This document shows positions 39,301-52,500 of a DNA stretch of 64,000 nucleotides, one piece after another. A program made the translations under genes and the position numbers. Source of the stretch: Pavona decussata (lineage: Eukaryota); the NCBI GenBank assembly GCA_977016875.1, contig CDRNST010000049.1, forward strand, positions 3,224,001 to 3,288,000, read 5' to 3'. The notes below the pieces were generated by a model. That model searched no databases and was not told the origin of the DNA. It worked only from the letters and a program-made list of their open reading frames with translations. How positions within the stretch are numbered: position 1 is the first letter of the stretch; every line of letters starts with the position of its first letter.

Positions 39301-42300
39301 GGCCATTTTTCTCAAATTTTGTTAGAATTATTATTTGGTAACAGGACCTCGTCTCACTCACCCAATTCTGTCTGTAATCATACTCGTGATTAAAAATCAG
39401 ACTCCCGTTGCGTGGTCGTCAGATTTTGTCAATCACTCGTATGATTCCAGACACAATTGGACCCCACTCAGTCTTATTTCCATTATTAATTAGTCCGACG
39501 ATGAANNNNNNNNNNNNNNNNNNNNNNNNNNNNNNNNNNNNNNNNNNNNNNNNNNNNNNNNNNNNNNNNNNNNNNNNNNNNNNNNNNNNNNNNNNNNNNN
39601 NNNNNNNNNNNNNNNNNNNNNNNNNNNNNNNNNNNNNNNNNNNNNNNNNNNNNNNNNNNNNNNNNNNNNNNNNNNNNNNNNNNNNNNNNNNNNNNNNNNT
39701 TTTCCGGCTTTTGTTTTACCTAGTGAAGGCGTCTGTTCGCAGGCTAGGTCTTTTATTACAAGATTTATCTCAAGCAGGAGTTTTCCTTCAGTAATTGACA
39801 AGCTACGCTCCCACTTTAAAAAACAATATGGTGAGCTCCTTCTCAATTCTGAAACGTGTTGGTTTGTAACGTAAGCAACATAAACACCCTCAGCTGTGAT
39901 TTCTAGTCTTGGTAAGTTTTCGAACTTCAAATAGAAGGAGTTGACGATCTTGAAAGAAAATGTTCTGTACTAATTTATCGTCATATTTAAATATACCAAT
40001 TTTAGCAGTAATCACGTGATGTCGATATAACTCCGTGCCATCTGGTAAGATTCCTCTGCAGGTAAATTCTTTTGCAGATTTTGTTTTCAAGATTCGCAAC
40101 TCGTGCAGAACAAGTTCCCAGTGCCCAGACGCATTGAACTCCTGGCTGTAGGATCGTTGAGTCCAGGCAATTTTGTTAAAATCCACCAGATGTCTAAGAG
40201 ATGCAAAGAAACGGGATGTTTTGAAACCAAAAAAACATAAACCGATAGGTAAAGCGCTGTAGCAGAGTTTTGCGTGTTTGAAATGGGCGTAATCTTTGGT
40301 TGAGGTGTACTTACCCTTTCAAAAACAAAACAAGGGAAGAGCAAAAGCAAATAATATACGCCAAGAAAGTGTCTTGAGTTTGAGTGCCTTATAAATGACT
40401 GTTCAAACATGATGTACACGATTTGGGGGCATTATATATATATATATATTTTTTAAACAGGACGGAAGAAGTTAAATAAGAACAAATACAGTGGAAACTC
40501 GATTTAACGAATCTATATATCGAAGTTATCGTTATAACAAACGATATTTTATTTTAATTAATTATTTTTTTATCAGCTTTATTGGGCACATCAAAATAAA
40601 CACAAAGAACAAGAAACAAAATGAGTGGTCCAAAGGGTATTGTGCAGAACGGGATAACGAGACCCATGCAACCCCTTTAATATTATGAAAACGTAAAAGA
40701 AACATTAAGAAATCGGTGTTCAACTGTAACACCGACAGGAAAATGCCTTAAGATTCAGTGCCTTGAATTGGACTAGTCAGACGTAACGTCTATACCGTTA
40801 CTTAACTGCCGCTTTTAAGCCTCCCACCACCCGGTTATAAGCCCGTCTACCTGTAAACCCCAAAATACATCTTATTATAAGCCCCCCACCCCGGATATAA
40901 GTCCCCCTCTAGTTTTGTTTGTGTTATTAGTTTTAATTTTGTTCCAAATATTGACGTCTTAAAGCTTAATTAAAAAACCTATAAATTAAAAACGCATTTC
41001 GATCAACACTGATATAGCTCGTTTCAAAACGATTCTTTTTATTCCGGCTATAAACATTCCAACCCCCCCCCCCCCCCCCCCCGATATAAGCTCCTCCGTT
41101 TATAAGCCTATCTAAAACCCCTTACGAAAGTTGTATAAGCCCAGTGCTTATGAGCGACAGTTTACGGTATTACATCCACAATTGGCAGCTTATGGTATAG
41201 GATTTAACCTACAGATGCTACTGAAAGGAACACGAATACTAAGAATTTCACTCACTAACACATGCAGACATCACGTCCCATGAACAGAGACACGTCATAC
41301 CAAAATATTTCAAGACAAATATCTAAATCTAACAAGTCCCAGTTTGATCCAATAAGGATTCGGTCATTGAACGTGTTCTTACTGCAAATAATGGTAGTTT
41401 CCAAAGGGATCGTCGGTAACTGTAGGCTTTCCGCAATTGACCAGTCTCATGTTGTAGTAAACATTATAGTGTGGGCGGCCTTTTGGTTGCTTTAATAATC
41501 CAGGCCATGTTCTGATAACCTCAACGCGTTCTTTGTCTATTTCTGTGGTGAAAAATGAAAACACAAAGCTGAGCTTCACTTTTTCACCGGATTACATAGG
41601 AGAGTTAGAATACAACTGTTTATAATTAAGCAATTTCAGAAAAAATAAGAATAAAGAATGGACAAAAATTATGTGAGGCCTGAAGCGTGTATTGTACTCT
41701 TGATTTAAGTTGCGCATGGAATCATTAAGACTGGGTAGATATAGCTTTATGGCTAAGGGCTAAAGTTACGTTGGTTTGTACACGTTCGGTTTAAATAAAT
41801 CTCATGTATGCAGTGGTCTCGCTTCACTGCTCAGCGGTATACCAGTACTTCACGCATGCGCACGTCAATATAATCTGGCCAGTGGAAGCCTTCGACAGCT
41901 CCTTCGGTCTTAGGCGTTATCAGCACGGTAAAAGCGTCACACACCTCTACGAACGGTAAGCCCGCTTTAAGCGCCAGCCCCACACTATCCAGGTGGAAGC
42001 TGTTGGCTGGGACTGTACAGCAGTGCTGGTAATGCATGTGAAGATGTAGATCACCTGGGCCCAGTTATTCAAAGCCCGATTAAGCTAATCATGGATTAAC
42101 TTAAACTTGAAATTAAGCTTTTAAAATTACTAATCAGAAAAGATCCTTGTCATTTTTGTCCGTAGTTTCGACTTAGACGTTTCGTTACAATTAACTTAAA
42201 ATTAGCTTTCAAAAAAATTTTTAGTGAGCGACATGGCAACCTCGGTTAACTTTTAATCGTGGGTTACCATTAATCCGCTTTCGAACACTGACTGGCCCCT

Positions 42301-45300
42301 GAAGTAACAGGGATACACACATGACGACAAAAGCGTGTCAAAAGAAACCATCTTAACGCAACGGTCACATTACATAGCTCTCTGATATGGTCAGGTAAAA
42401 GCCGCCCGTAAGACGACTTTAGTTAGTAGAGTTGTCTGGCCATGCTTATAAGACCTAAAAGGCCGAAACAGCTATCCATGGCTGTCCAAGTGAAATAGCT
42501 GTGCGCATACGTAAGGTATACTGGTCATAGAGCGGAGCTGAGAGTTTGACCATTGCACTTAAACTGCCTCTTTCCATGTTCAGTCTAGATAGCGCTTAAT
42601 CTAAGAGCAAGCAAAAAATCCACATGATAAAGTAACTCATTACAATCAAGTCTTTTCCTACCGAGAAGTTTCTTTTCAAGTTGAACTTGTGATGATTCCC
42701 CTGCATTTGGAAAGTAAATAATGTGACCTCAATTAATCAGAATGTTAATTCGGATTCATAATAACATAACATCAAATAACATGTTTTGTTTTAAATCTTG
42801 TAAGCGGTCTGGAATCCTAAATCCTTGAAACTGACTTTTTAATGACGCGCGATCCAACGGTCCTGATTTACGGACCGCTCTTAAACACGCGAAACTGTGA
42901 TGTTCCATTTTAAAAATGGTACTTGACGTTCTTTGACTGTTCAGCAGTGTAAAAATAGGGCTTAAAATAAAGTTCCTCAAATAGTAAGTATTCATGGAAT
43001 GGAAGTTAATATTCTCGACAGCATTTCCAAACAAAAGCGCCTTGAAAAGTTGTAGCTTTTTGAAAACTTTCCAACTGGCTTACTTAGCAGTTTCGATTGA
43101 AATTCTTTTACGAAAAAATAAAACAAAAAAATAGTTAACATGTCAGTTTTACGACATGAATTTAAACATGTCAGCCGTCCTCAAGCCTTTTGCACAGTTT
43201 TTCCTTATTCGAAGCAAATGACAGAAAAACGCTAGCAATGCGAATCTGAAAAGCAGTTAACGTTGGTTGTTACGCTATCTCAAGGAAAATGGCAGTGCAC
43301 AACACTAATTAATCTCGTGCCTCGTATAGTATGTGTGCTTTTCTTTGCGACCACGTCTGAGTCGTTCGAAACATTTAACTTCCGATTGGGATACAATACC
43401 ATTCAACATTCATAGTCACAATTTCGTGAACACAGTCTTTTTCCTTCGCACATAAAAAACAAATAACTGAGAAATAGAGAAACAGCGAAATTAACGTTCC
43501 TTTGTTGACGTCATAGCCCTACTATCCCCCAGTCTCCGGTGCTGCTTGGTATTGCATTTCAATCAGAAGTAAATTTTCACTTTTTTATACATCTCAAACC
43601 CGCAAATAGGGATTTTTTTATTTTATTTTATACAAGAACATGAAGATTTGATCAAGCAAATAAAAAGCTGGTCTTGGGTTACAGTTATAACGAGTAAAAA
43701 GCTGGTTTAAATTTATAACATGGTCTGTTATATTCAGGTTTCTTTGATTATAACTTGTAGGATTCTAAATAAATGCTAAAAATACGCGATCTATCCCCTT
43801 CAACATTTGAAAGTCAATTTAAATCAAATTATACTTGCTTCAAAGAAACGCACATTAAACTTGCCTTTAATATTGTAACGGTCTAAAACATAGGATCGGC
43901 AAAACTCAATTCTTAAATATAACCAGCGTAAAACAAAGACAATTTAAATTTATTTCCAGTTTCTCATGGACTTACCGGCATCACATCCGTAAATTTCCAC
44001 TCTCATACAGATCCATCTATACCATGTGACAGGAATGAATCTTACGTAACGAGCACGGATTCGAGGGTTGAGGTAGTGACGGACGGTATCTCTGTTATTA
44101 TTGTTCGCCACAAAGTACTGAAAGGACACAAAGTTGCAGTTTGAGTTGTTATTAACTTCTTAGAACTTTCTTCTGAAAGCATGCTGCAAATTTATCCGAT
44201 ATTTAAAACACGTTTAAACGTTAAAGTACTAAGTGCAGATAACGTTACTATCATAATTTATCAAAACCTGGATAATTAGATAATCTAATTCCGGAGTTTT
44301 GATTGGTTTAGTGGCTATAAGATATCAGCCATTAATTGACTTCTGGTCTCTCTTAAAAAAATGAAACCAACCAGGAACCAAAATATTTCTTAGTTGTTTT
44401 TGATCAGACATTTATTCCACTCGCTCTTGTTGGGTTGGTTGGGTATCTTTTAACGACTTTTAACTTAACGACTAGTCCCGAGGAAAACAGTTAGTTTTAG
44501 CCGAGGGAAACATCGAGATTCGAGGGAAAACAAACCTAACTGTTTCCCGAGGAAGCAGTCATTAAAGGTTTTGTTATATAGAAACAAAAAAAATTGCGAA
44601 GACAATTATTTAGAAAAACACATCAAAGGCTTTAAATGAATGGAACAGCGAACATACAAATCTGAAGTTAATATAAAACATTTTTCAACACCAACTTTCC
44701 CCGGAAAACGCCCTTGAATTAATTTATTTCTTTCCGAAAGTATTATTATGCCAAGGCTACTTACGGTAAAAGTTATTGTTAAGGATTCGGTAACGCTTCT
44801 TCGGCGGCTCCATTTTGCAAACAAGAATCCGGATAAATAACAAACTGGGATATTCCCGCTGTCTCTTTTTGCAGGTGGGCAAAAACATTACACCACCTTC
44901 TGTCACCGCGTAATCACGTGCAACCTACTCAAGCTACTCTTTTCCACCTCGGGAAAATATGAGTTTTGTATTGCAGCCCGCGTGGACACCATTTGATTTT
45001 GGCTTCCACCATGCATGTGATCAAAAAACAACCAACCAAAGCGCACGCTAAGTCCAACGAAACTCCAGCTATATAATAAATCTCAAATCCAACACGCACT
45101 CGTGGAATAATAGTTAAATTGCATCCTGTATGATGGGTAAAGTTATGCAGGAACTTGGCGGTGCCGTCAATAACCAAAGGAGGATAAAACAGAGAAAGAG
45201 AAAGAAATGCGGACAATAACAGCCACCAGTAAAGGGTTTACAAGCCGCACAAGAGCACTGATGGTCCAGTCCAACCTGTGCAGCATTCACATGTAGCATT

Positions 45301-46053
45301 CAAATCAATATGGTATAGTTACTTAACCCTCACTTACACCGAAGGGAATTAAAAATTTGATACATATTGATTGAAGTCTAGGCACCCCAAATATGAAACA
45401 GTTCTCCAACCTTGTGTTGGCTGTTCTTTATATGGTTTGAGATAAAGCTATGTATAACGAGTAATAAACTGCTTGCATTTCATCTTGCAGGAAAAAAATG
45501 GCTGCAGTCGTAATGAAATAGAAACTGGTACTTACTCGTTCACGTTCTTCTGTACTGATTACATCCCAAGAAAACTCATCCAGACTGTATTGTATCACAT
45601 AACCTGTAACCCAACGAGGTTTACTGTGACCAGAATGCCCTTGAGTCGCAAATCCATCAATGAACCTCTCTGTTAACAAGTCGATTTCTAAAGAAAGGAA
45701 ACAGCGTTCACACAGGGTGTCAAGAAGACGATGGTAAAAACGGAAAGATAAATGGAAATAAGGGACGCCTCGGGGTTCATTTTAGCAGAACGTCTGTTTG
45801 GAAGGCCTTGCACTATGTAAAAACGTGACAAAAATTGCACAAACTTCGCACGTGTCGACGGGCCTTTAACCTCCCCTAAACATTTTGATTTAATTTTGAT
45901 GAAAACACCTCGGAATTCCCCTGTTGAGATGGCACCTAAAACCGCTTTCGCGTAATCAAGTAAAAACAATTCCTCTTGTTTGTGGAAGGATCAAAAATAT
46001 CCGGCTCTACGATAATGCACTATTGAACAATTATTCCACGAGAGCGCGTTGGG

Positions 46054-46101
<48 letters not shown>

Positions 46102-47598
46102 AATCATCTCATAGCAACAAGCGTGAGTGGAATAATTGTTTTATTAAAAACAATCACGAAATATTGCTAGATTTTGCGGATTTCCGCTTTGCGAGTAACA
46201 ATTAGAAGACAATTTAATGGTCTCTTTTTCTCGGGCATGGTATAATAGCTCATACACCATGGCCGCTAAGCCAATCAAATCGCTCGAATTGCATTACACA
46301 ATGATCCAGTTTTTAATAATAAGGGTAAGCTAGGATTTCGAAGGACCAAGTTGCTGGGAAGTTCGGAGGATGAGGATATGATGTTCTCTACAAAATGAGA
46401 ACAAATGATTTAGAATTAAGAACAAATTATTAATCTTTCAAGGCTACCCCTTTTAAATGTACTACAGTGAGCTGGAAATAAAAAAAACGACATTTGTATA
46501 TCAGTATTTTCCTTTAATTATCTTGCTGGGAACTCCAGAATTTTCCAAACCATTTCACTGATGTAGTATGACCAGTTTTATTTACCTAAGTACTCGTTAG
46601 GTATGTGGTATTTCTTCCCTCGTCGTTCGTAATTTTCCACGTCCTTCACGCACCAGCCTCCGTTATGGTTGAGGCGTGCATTCCGGGCTCTCGTATTGAG
46701 GCCAGCCCTACTGAATGTAGAGCCTGTTATTTGAGAGTCTCTGATTTTCTTGGATTCCATTCCAAGCGCTGCGTTACAACCTGTACATGGCAAGAGAATC
46801 AGTTGTGATTTTTACCAGATACTGAAAAGGAACAGTAACCAACGCGCTCAGTACATGGGTTTACCTTTTAAAGGAAAATTTTAATGTCTAGTTTATTTTC
46901 ACATGTTTGAACAATTGTTTGTACATATTTTGGCGCCTTGTTTTTGTTATGAATTTTTCTCACTTTTGGAAACCGCCTTAGAACTTTTGGATTTTGGCGC
47001 TATATAAATTGTCATTGTAATCGTAATTGTGATTGTAATTGCAATTGTGGTGGGTATTCATCTGCAGTATTTGTAGCTGGTCAAAAAGTTATGCCTGCTA
47101 ATGATCCACAGATTCCGAACCTTATTAATGAAACAAAAAAATGGCGCTGGGGTAAACACTTTCTTCGCGCCTTCTCTTTTGTCCACTGTAGCAAGCGAGT
47201 TCCTGTGTAATTGCACAATTATAAGCGGTAAAATAATTGAACTTCTAATTATTTAATATATATAATGATTCGGTTTAATAAATTGTGATTTTTTGTTGCT
47301 CACTTTTTTTTTCAGTGACTACTAAATGGAGTAAGTTAACTCACCGTGCGAGGGTAACCCAGAGACTGTTGTTAGTAACAACGTTTGGAAACCCTAAACA
47401 GTGCTATACCAATAACTTGAGAAGTCAATTAAACCGTTCCGAGTTTAAAAAATTTCCCTTCTCATAACTGGGATTCTTAAGCTTATTTATCAAGGTACCC
47501 GGCTGAAAACTACTATGACGAAATTCGCGTCTTTCTAATCTGAGCCATTTTAAAACATAAACAAGTTGTCTGTACATGAAGAAGAATGCTGTTTACTT

Positions 47599-47638
<40 letters not shown>

Positions 47639-48295
47639 TTAAAATATGCAAATTAGCCAAGTGATGACGTCATAAACTCAACCGAATTTTGGTCAAATAT
47701 TATGAAAAGAGATATCTCAGCCAATTTGTATCAGAAATGCTTGATTCTTTGCAGTGACATTGTTCTAGGTGCGCCCCATAATATCAGCTTATCAGTTTTG
47801 TTACCATGGCAACATACTGGGCTCCAGTCCTCCCTGATACTTAAGGCTTCGCTGGATACCTTTGGCATTCTATTTTGATATTTGCCAATGGTGCCTCATG
47901 TGCATGATCCAGCAAGCGTATAAATATGTTACGTCGAGTTTGTGGCCTTGTTAAATGTTTTTCAAGCTGAAAATCACTAAATATTGAAATCAGGTTAGAG
48001 AGGACTGGAAAAGAGTGAGTTGCCACGGGAACCAAATTTTTATAGCCGTAGGTGTATTGCCTTTAGAACTATTAGCCTGCCAGGCTTCAATGGTCTCTGC
48101 TGTAAACTGACTGAGATAGCTCTATTTATATACTTGATGTTATATTGAGTTGAGAATATGACGTCATCAGTCCGCTCATTTACATATTTTACACATTTTT
48201 CAAACGTGAATATCTCCGGAACCAATGCAGATATTTAGAAACGGTAAACGGCGTTTTAAATCTTTTCTAGAATTCTATGTGATAAACCTTAAAAT

Positions 48296-48328
<33 letters not shown>

Positions 48329-49449
48329 TAAACTGCGTATATAAAATAGAGTTGTCCTGCCTATTTTACCCCTGTTTGAGGCTAGGAGCTTCGGGTATCA
48401 AGGGAAATTAGTGGTTATTAGATGTACCTGGCTTCCTCTTTCCCTGATATGGTTCGGGCTTTCCTGCAAATAATAAGATTCGCAAAATGTATATAAATAG
48501 GTTCGTAAACAGACGAAAGCTGACGCTATGTAGGCAACGATCCTAAGAAAAATAAAACAAAATAATAAAAAGTAAGTCACTACAGCGACGGAAACAAAAA
48601 CATGTCTTGAAAATATATGTTCACGTTACTTGGACTATTTCAACTTGTCAGACAATGGTTGCGGTCACAATTATGCTTTTATTATGGTGAGCTAGTGATT
48701 TCAGCTCGATTTGTCACCACGACATTGTAGCTGTTTACAACATGTTTGAATTGATGCACATTTATTGTATTGTCAGAAAGCGTACCGCGATAATGCCTTA
48801 AAATTGCAGATGGCTTACATGGGCGGCAAGGCATGTTATGACAGTATAATATTAGGAAGACTCTAACGTCACGAAACACAGCCTTTTTATGAAAATATGT
48901 CGTTTTGAGAATTGATGGCAAAAACCTTAAGAGAGCAGGTGTCAATAAAAAAGCGAAAGAAGCCAGGTCGCGTACTTAAAACTGGCCTGGCGAATCACGC
49001 TCACGCGCGTAAAAGACGAAGCAGTGATATTCTTGTGAAGAGTGCGAAGTAAACTTAGTCAACAAAGTGCCCAACAAACATCTGGGTAGGGACAGCATAC
49101 CCAGTGGGCATCCTTGAAATACNNNNNNNNNNNNNNNNNNNNNNNNNNNNNNNNNNNNNNNNNNNNNNNNNNNNNNNNNNNNNNNNNNNNNNNNNNNNNN
49201 NNNNNNNNNNNNNNNNNNNNNNNNNNNNNNNNNNNNNNNNNNNNNNNNNNNNNNNNNNNNNNNNNNNNNNNNNNNAAAGAATCCAAACCGACCTTCCACC
49301 GCACAGATGTTTTAATAACTGAGTTACAGGTAGACTCGAAGCATGCGAGGCCATTTATTAGGTTTATATGTGACCCGCGCCCTAAATACTAAATCAGCGA
49401 TGTTAATAATGTTAATGATGACCACATTATAACTATAATGATAACCTGG

Positions 49450-49502
<53 letters not shown>

Positions 49503-52500
49503 GTGGTGTTAATGGAAAATAAACAGGATAGTTTCCTTATTAATACGCACCTGGTAGATTACCAAATATGTCCAAAGCTAAACAGTCGGTGGGACCCTGA
49601 CGCGATTCGTATATGTGGAAGTGCCTAGCGTAGATAGTGGGCATAATGTCCAGGATACCCGCACATTGATGTTTTTCTTCAAATTCAATTCTAATTCCCT
49701 GAAAGCAAAGGAATAATCATTAATTCCGGTCAACCTTCTCGTATCTTCCGGTTTTTCTCTCTTCCCACTTCTTTGTAACGTTTGGCGACAGTTTTGTGTC
49801 TTGCAAACAATTATCTTGATATGCACTTTATCAACATCCGCGTACACTAAAAATTAACCCTCCCCATTCAAAATTATAGAGCAACTGTATGCTGAATATT
49901 CCTATCATTAATTGGTACAGCCTAAATTTTTCATTCTTTTTACAAGTATGCAAACTTTCAAAAAGAAAATTTTAAAAAAACACATGCTTGCTTGTCTTAA
50001 TTTTGATTCATAAGGATCTAATAGTCAGTAATGAACAATCCACAGCCACAGCATCGTGTGGAGAGAAAAATTGGACAGTTTGGGTTTTTGGTGTGCTAGC
50101 CCGCTCAGTTAAACGAAACCAAACCATATAACAGACCACAATGCATCTTGTAATACACTTGGGACCAGATTCCATATAACTATGCTTTTATACCTATGTA
50201 AATCCTTTAAGAGGGCTATACACCCCTTATCTATGTCAAATTAGTATAAATCTACTAGTGCTCTATCACGAATGTCGTTCTCTGATTAGCTACGCTACTC
50301 GCTATAGATAGTGAGTAGCAGTTTTCAAAAAAATGGCGGCCGCTTCGTCGCGTTTTTGAATTGTCTGCGATGAGGAAATAGATAATTTACTTGTTTAGTT
50401 TTGAACGACTAGTAGATTTATATTCACTCTCGATTTCTATGTGTGATAGAAATATTCCCGAGATCATAATCTAATTGTTAAATAGTACCATAATATTATA
50501 TTTGAAAACCAGTCTCGCTCCCAGAGAGGGAGGCAGGCCTCCCAATTTACAAGCTATGGGAACGGGGTTGATTTCAAAACAATACCGTGTGAATAAATAC
50601 AAATGTTTGTTTTTAATACCTGGTTAGGCTTGTCGCTCAACTGGTTGTATGTCCCAGAAAGGCTCCAAACTTCATTGTCAGTGCTATATCGTAGCTCTAA
50701 AGGCCGTCTTTTCCTATTCGGATGGCATTTCCCATCATGCCTAGGTTGCCCAAGAAACACAATTCGCGAGATTGCGTACAGCTCCCTCATGTCAATTCGA
50801 AAAAACGGGGACACATCGTTGCTAGAAGCCTGGGAAACAGATACAGGATATCACTCACGAGAAAGCTTGATTTAGGAAGATTTAGCTTTTCTGATAATTT
50901 GGGACGCTGACGCTTGTTGTAGCCATTATAGCCTTTTGCAGCTATTTCCAGTATAAAACCTGGCGTCCAATGTGCTTAACCGCAGTTGTATAAAATTGAA
51001 AAAGCTAAAACTGAGCCGGAGAGACAAAACAGAAAACTAAAATATGTCAAGCTCCTTTGATCCGATAAAACATCTAATCAGTAAAGTCAATAGTGCTTTT
51101 AAAAGGACGGTAGACTTCCTAATACAGGCCTATTTTTGCGCGGTTAATGACTATGCGAGAAAAGCAGATCAAGCAAAGGCTACTGAAATTCAAAATTATG
51201 CAGTTTTCAAAGATAACTTAGCTTCAATTTGGAAAATAGCTTATCCCATACGTTGCTATATATGTTTTTTGAAGCATTTTAGAGTCATTGTTAGTTACTT
51301 TTAAGTAACTAACAACAACGTATGGGATAAGCTATTTTCCAAATTGAAGCTAAGTTATCTTTGAAAACTACGTGGTTGCCCCAGTTTATATTTTAGATTC
51401 CAACAATTTTCGTAAGGACCTGTTTTTCCAGCGTTTTTATAAACCGCAAAAAAATTAAATACCTTTGAATTAGTGGGCACCAAGAAACCGGACCATCCCG
51501 AGATGCGCAGAAGGTATGCGCAGTATCAAAAGGGGCATCGTCCTTAAATCGATGTTAAAAATCACAGTTAAAGGGACTATGTCAGCTGGGGCACATGCGC
51601 AGTAGAGTCCAATTGAGACTAATTTGCATAAAAAAGCGTCGCGGGATTTTTGTTTTTCCGCTTTTGCAAAACCTTTCAAAAACATCGCAACACACAGCTT
51701 CTATAAATACAAAAGAGCGTTTGTAAATGAAAAATTCAGCTAACTTTCCGAAGATGAACACGATTTATTCAAACAGATGTAAACAGCGTCCTGAACTTGA
51801 CTCTGCAATGGTATTTGAAAAGGTTGGGCCAATGGTTTCAAAGTGCTTCTCATCAAGGCGAGGATACGCCTGGGGTGACATAGCCCTTTACCATGAACGT
51901 CATCACTGTCACTGTACTATTTTTTTCTATTCACATCTGTAAAATTGTGAAAGTATATTGGTTAAGGTTGAGTTGTGCACGCACTTAATTTTCGCGGGCC
52001 GGAAGCTTTTCTTCGGACCTCCTCGCCTTACCACATCCGGTCTTATACAAGTCTGCTTGAGACTTTATTTTCCGTAGTACTTCAAACAGAAAGCAACACG
52101 GAGGTATAATAATCGCTCTTTTCAACATGTCCGTTTAAACCCGTGTTTTTTCATACTTTAAGTGTTGTTATTCACTTACAGGAATGCAAAATAACATCTG
52201 CCCAGGTTCAATGTAGCGCAGTCTCAGAGGGGATGGACTGCCTCTTATGGTTTTTAACCACAACAACTTGACTCTGCCTTGAGTGGTCCATAATCCCAAG
52301 GACTGAATGTCGTCTGTAAATCAACCACAACTTTATTAGTTTTTCAGTCTTCTAGCATGCTAACAAGGCCTAAAAATTTAGGACACCAATAAAATACAAG
52401 CATGAACACATTGGTCACACAACTTGCATTTTGCTCTGACGCTAATGCTTGAAACGTCAACTTTCGAATCTCCGTACGGTGGTCAAATTATTTTATCAAC

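Noticed and set aside
41831-41833. Selenocysteine codon
   Set aside because: No convincing SECIS hairpin was seen downstream of the 27311 stop, a structural Ig cysteine is an atypical Sec site, and other lesions in the locus favour a nonsense mutation.
52433-52465. Active hammerhead ribozyme
   Set aside because: The CTGACGA core and stem II are disrupted by a deletion.
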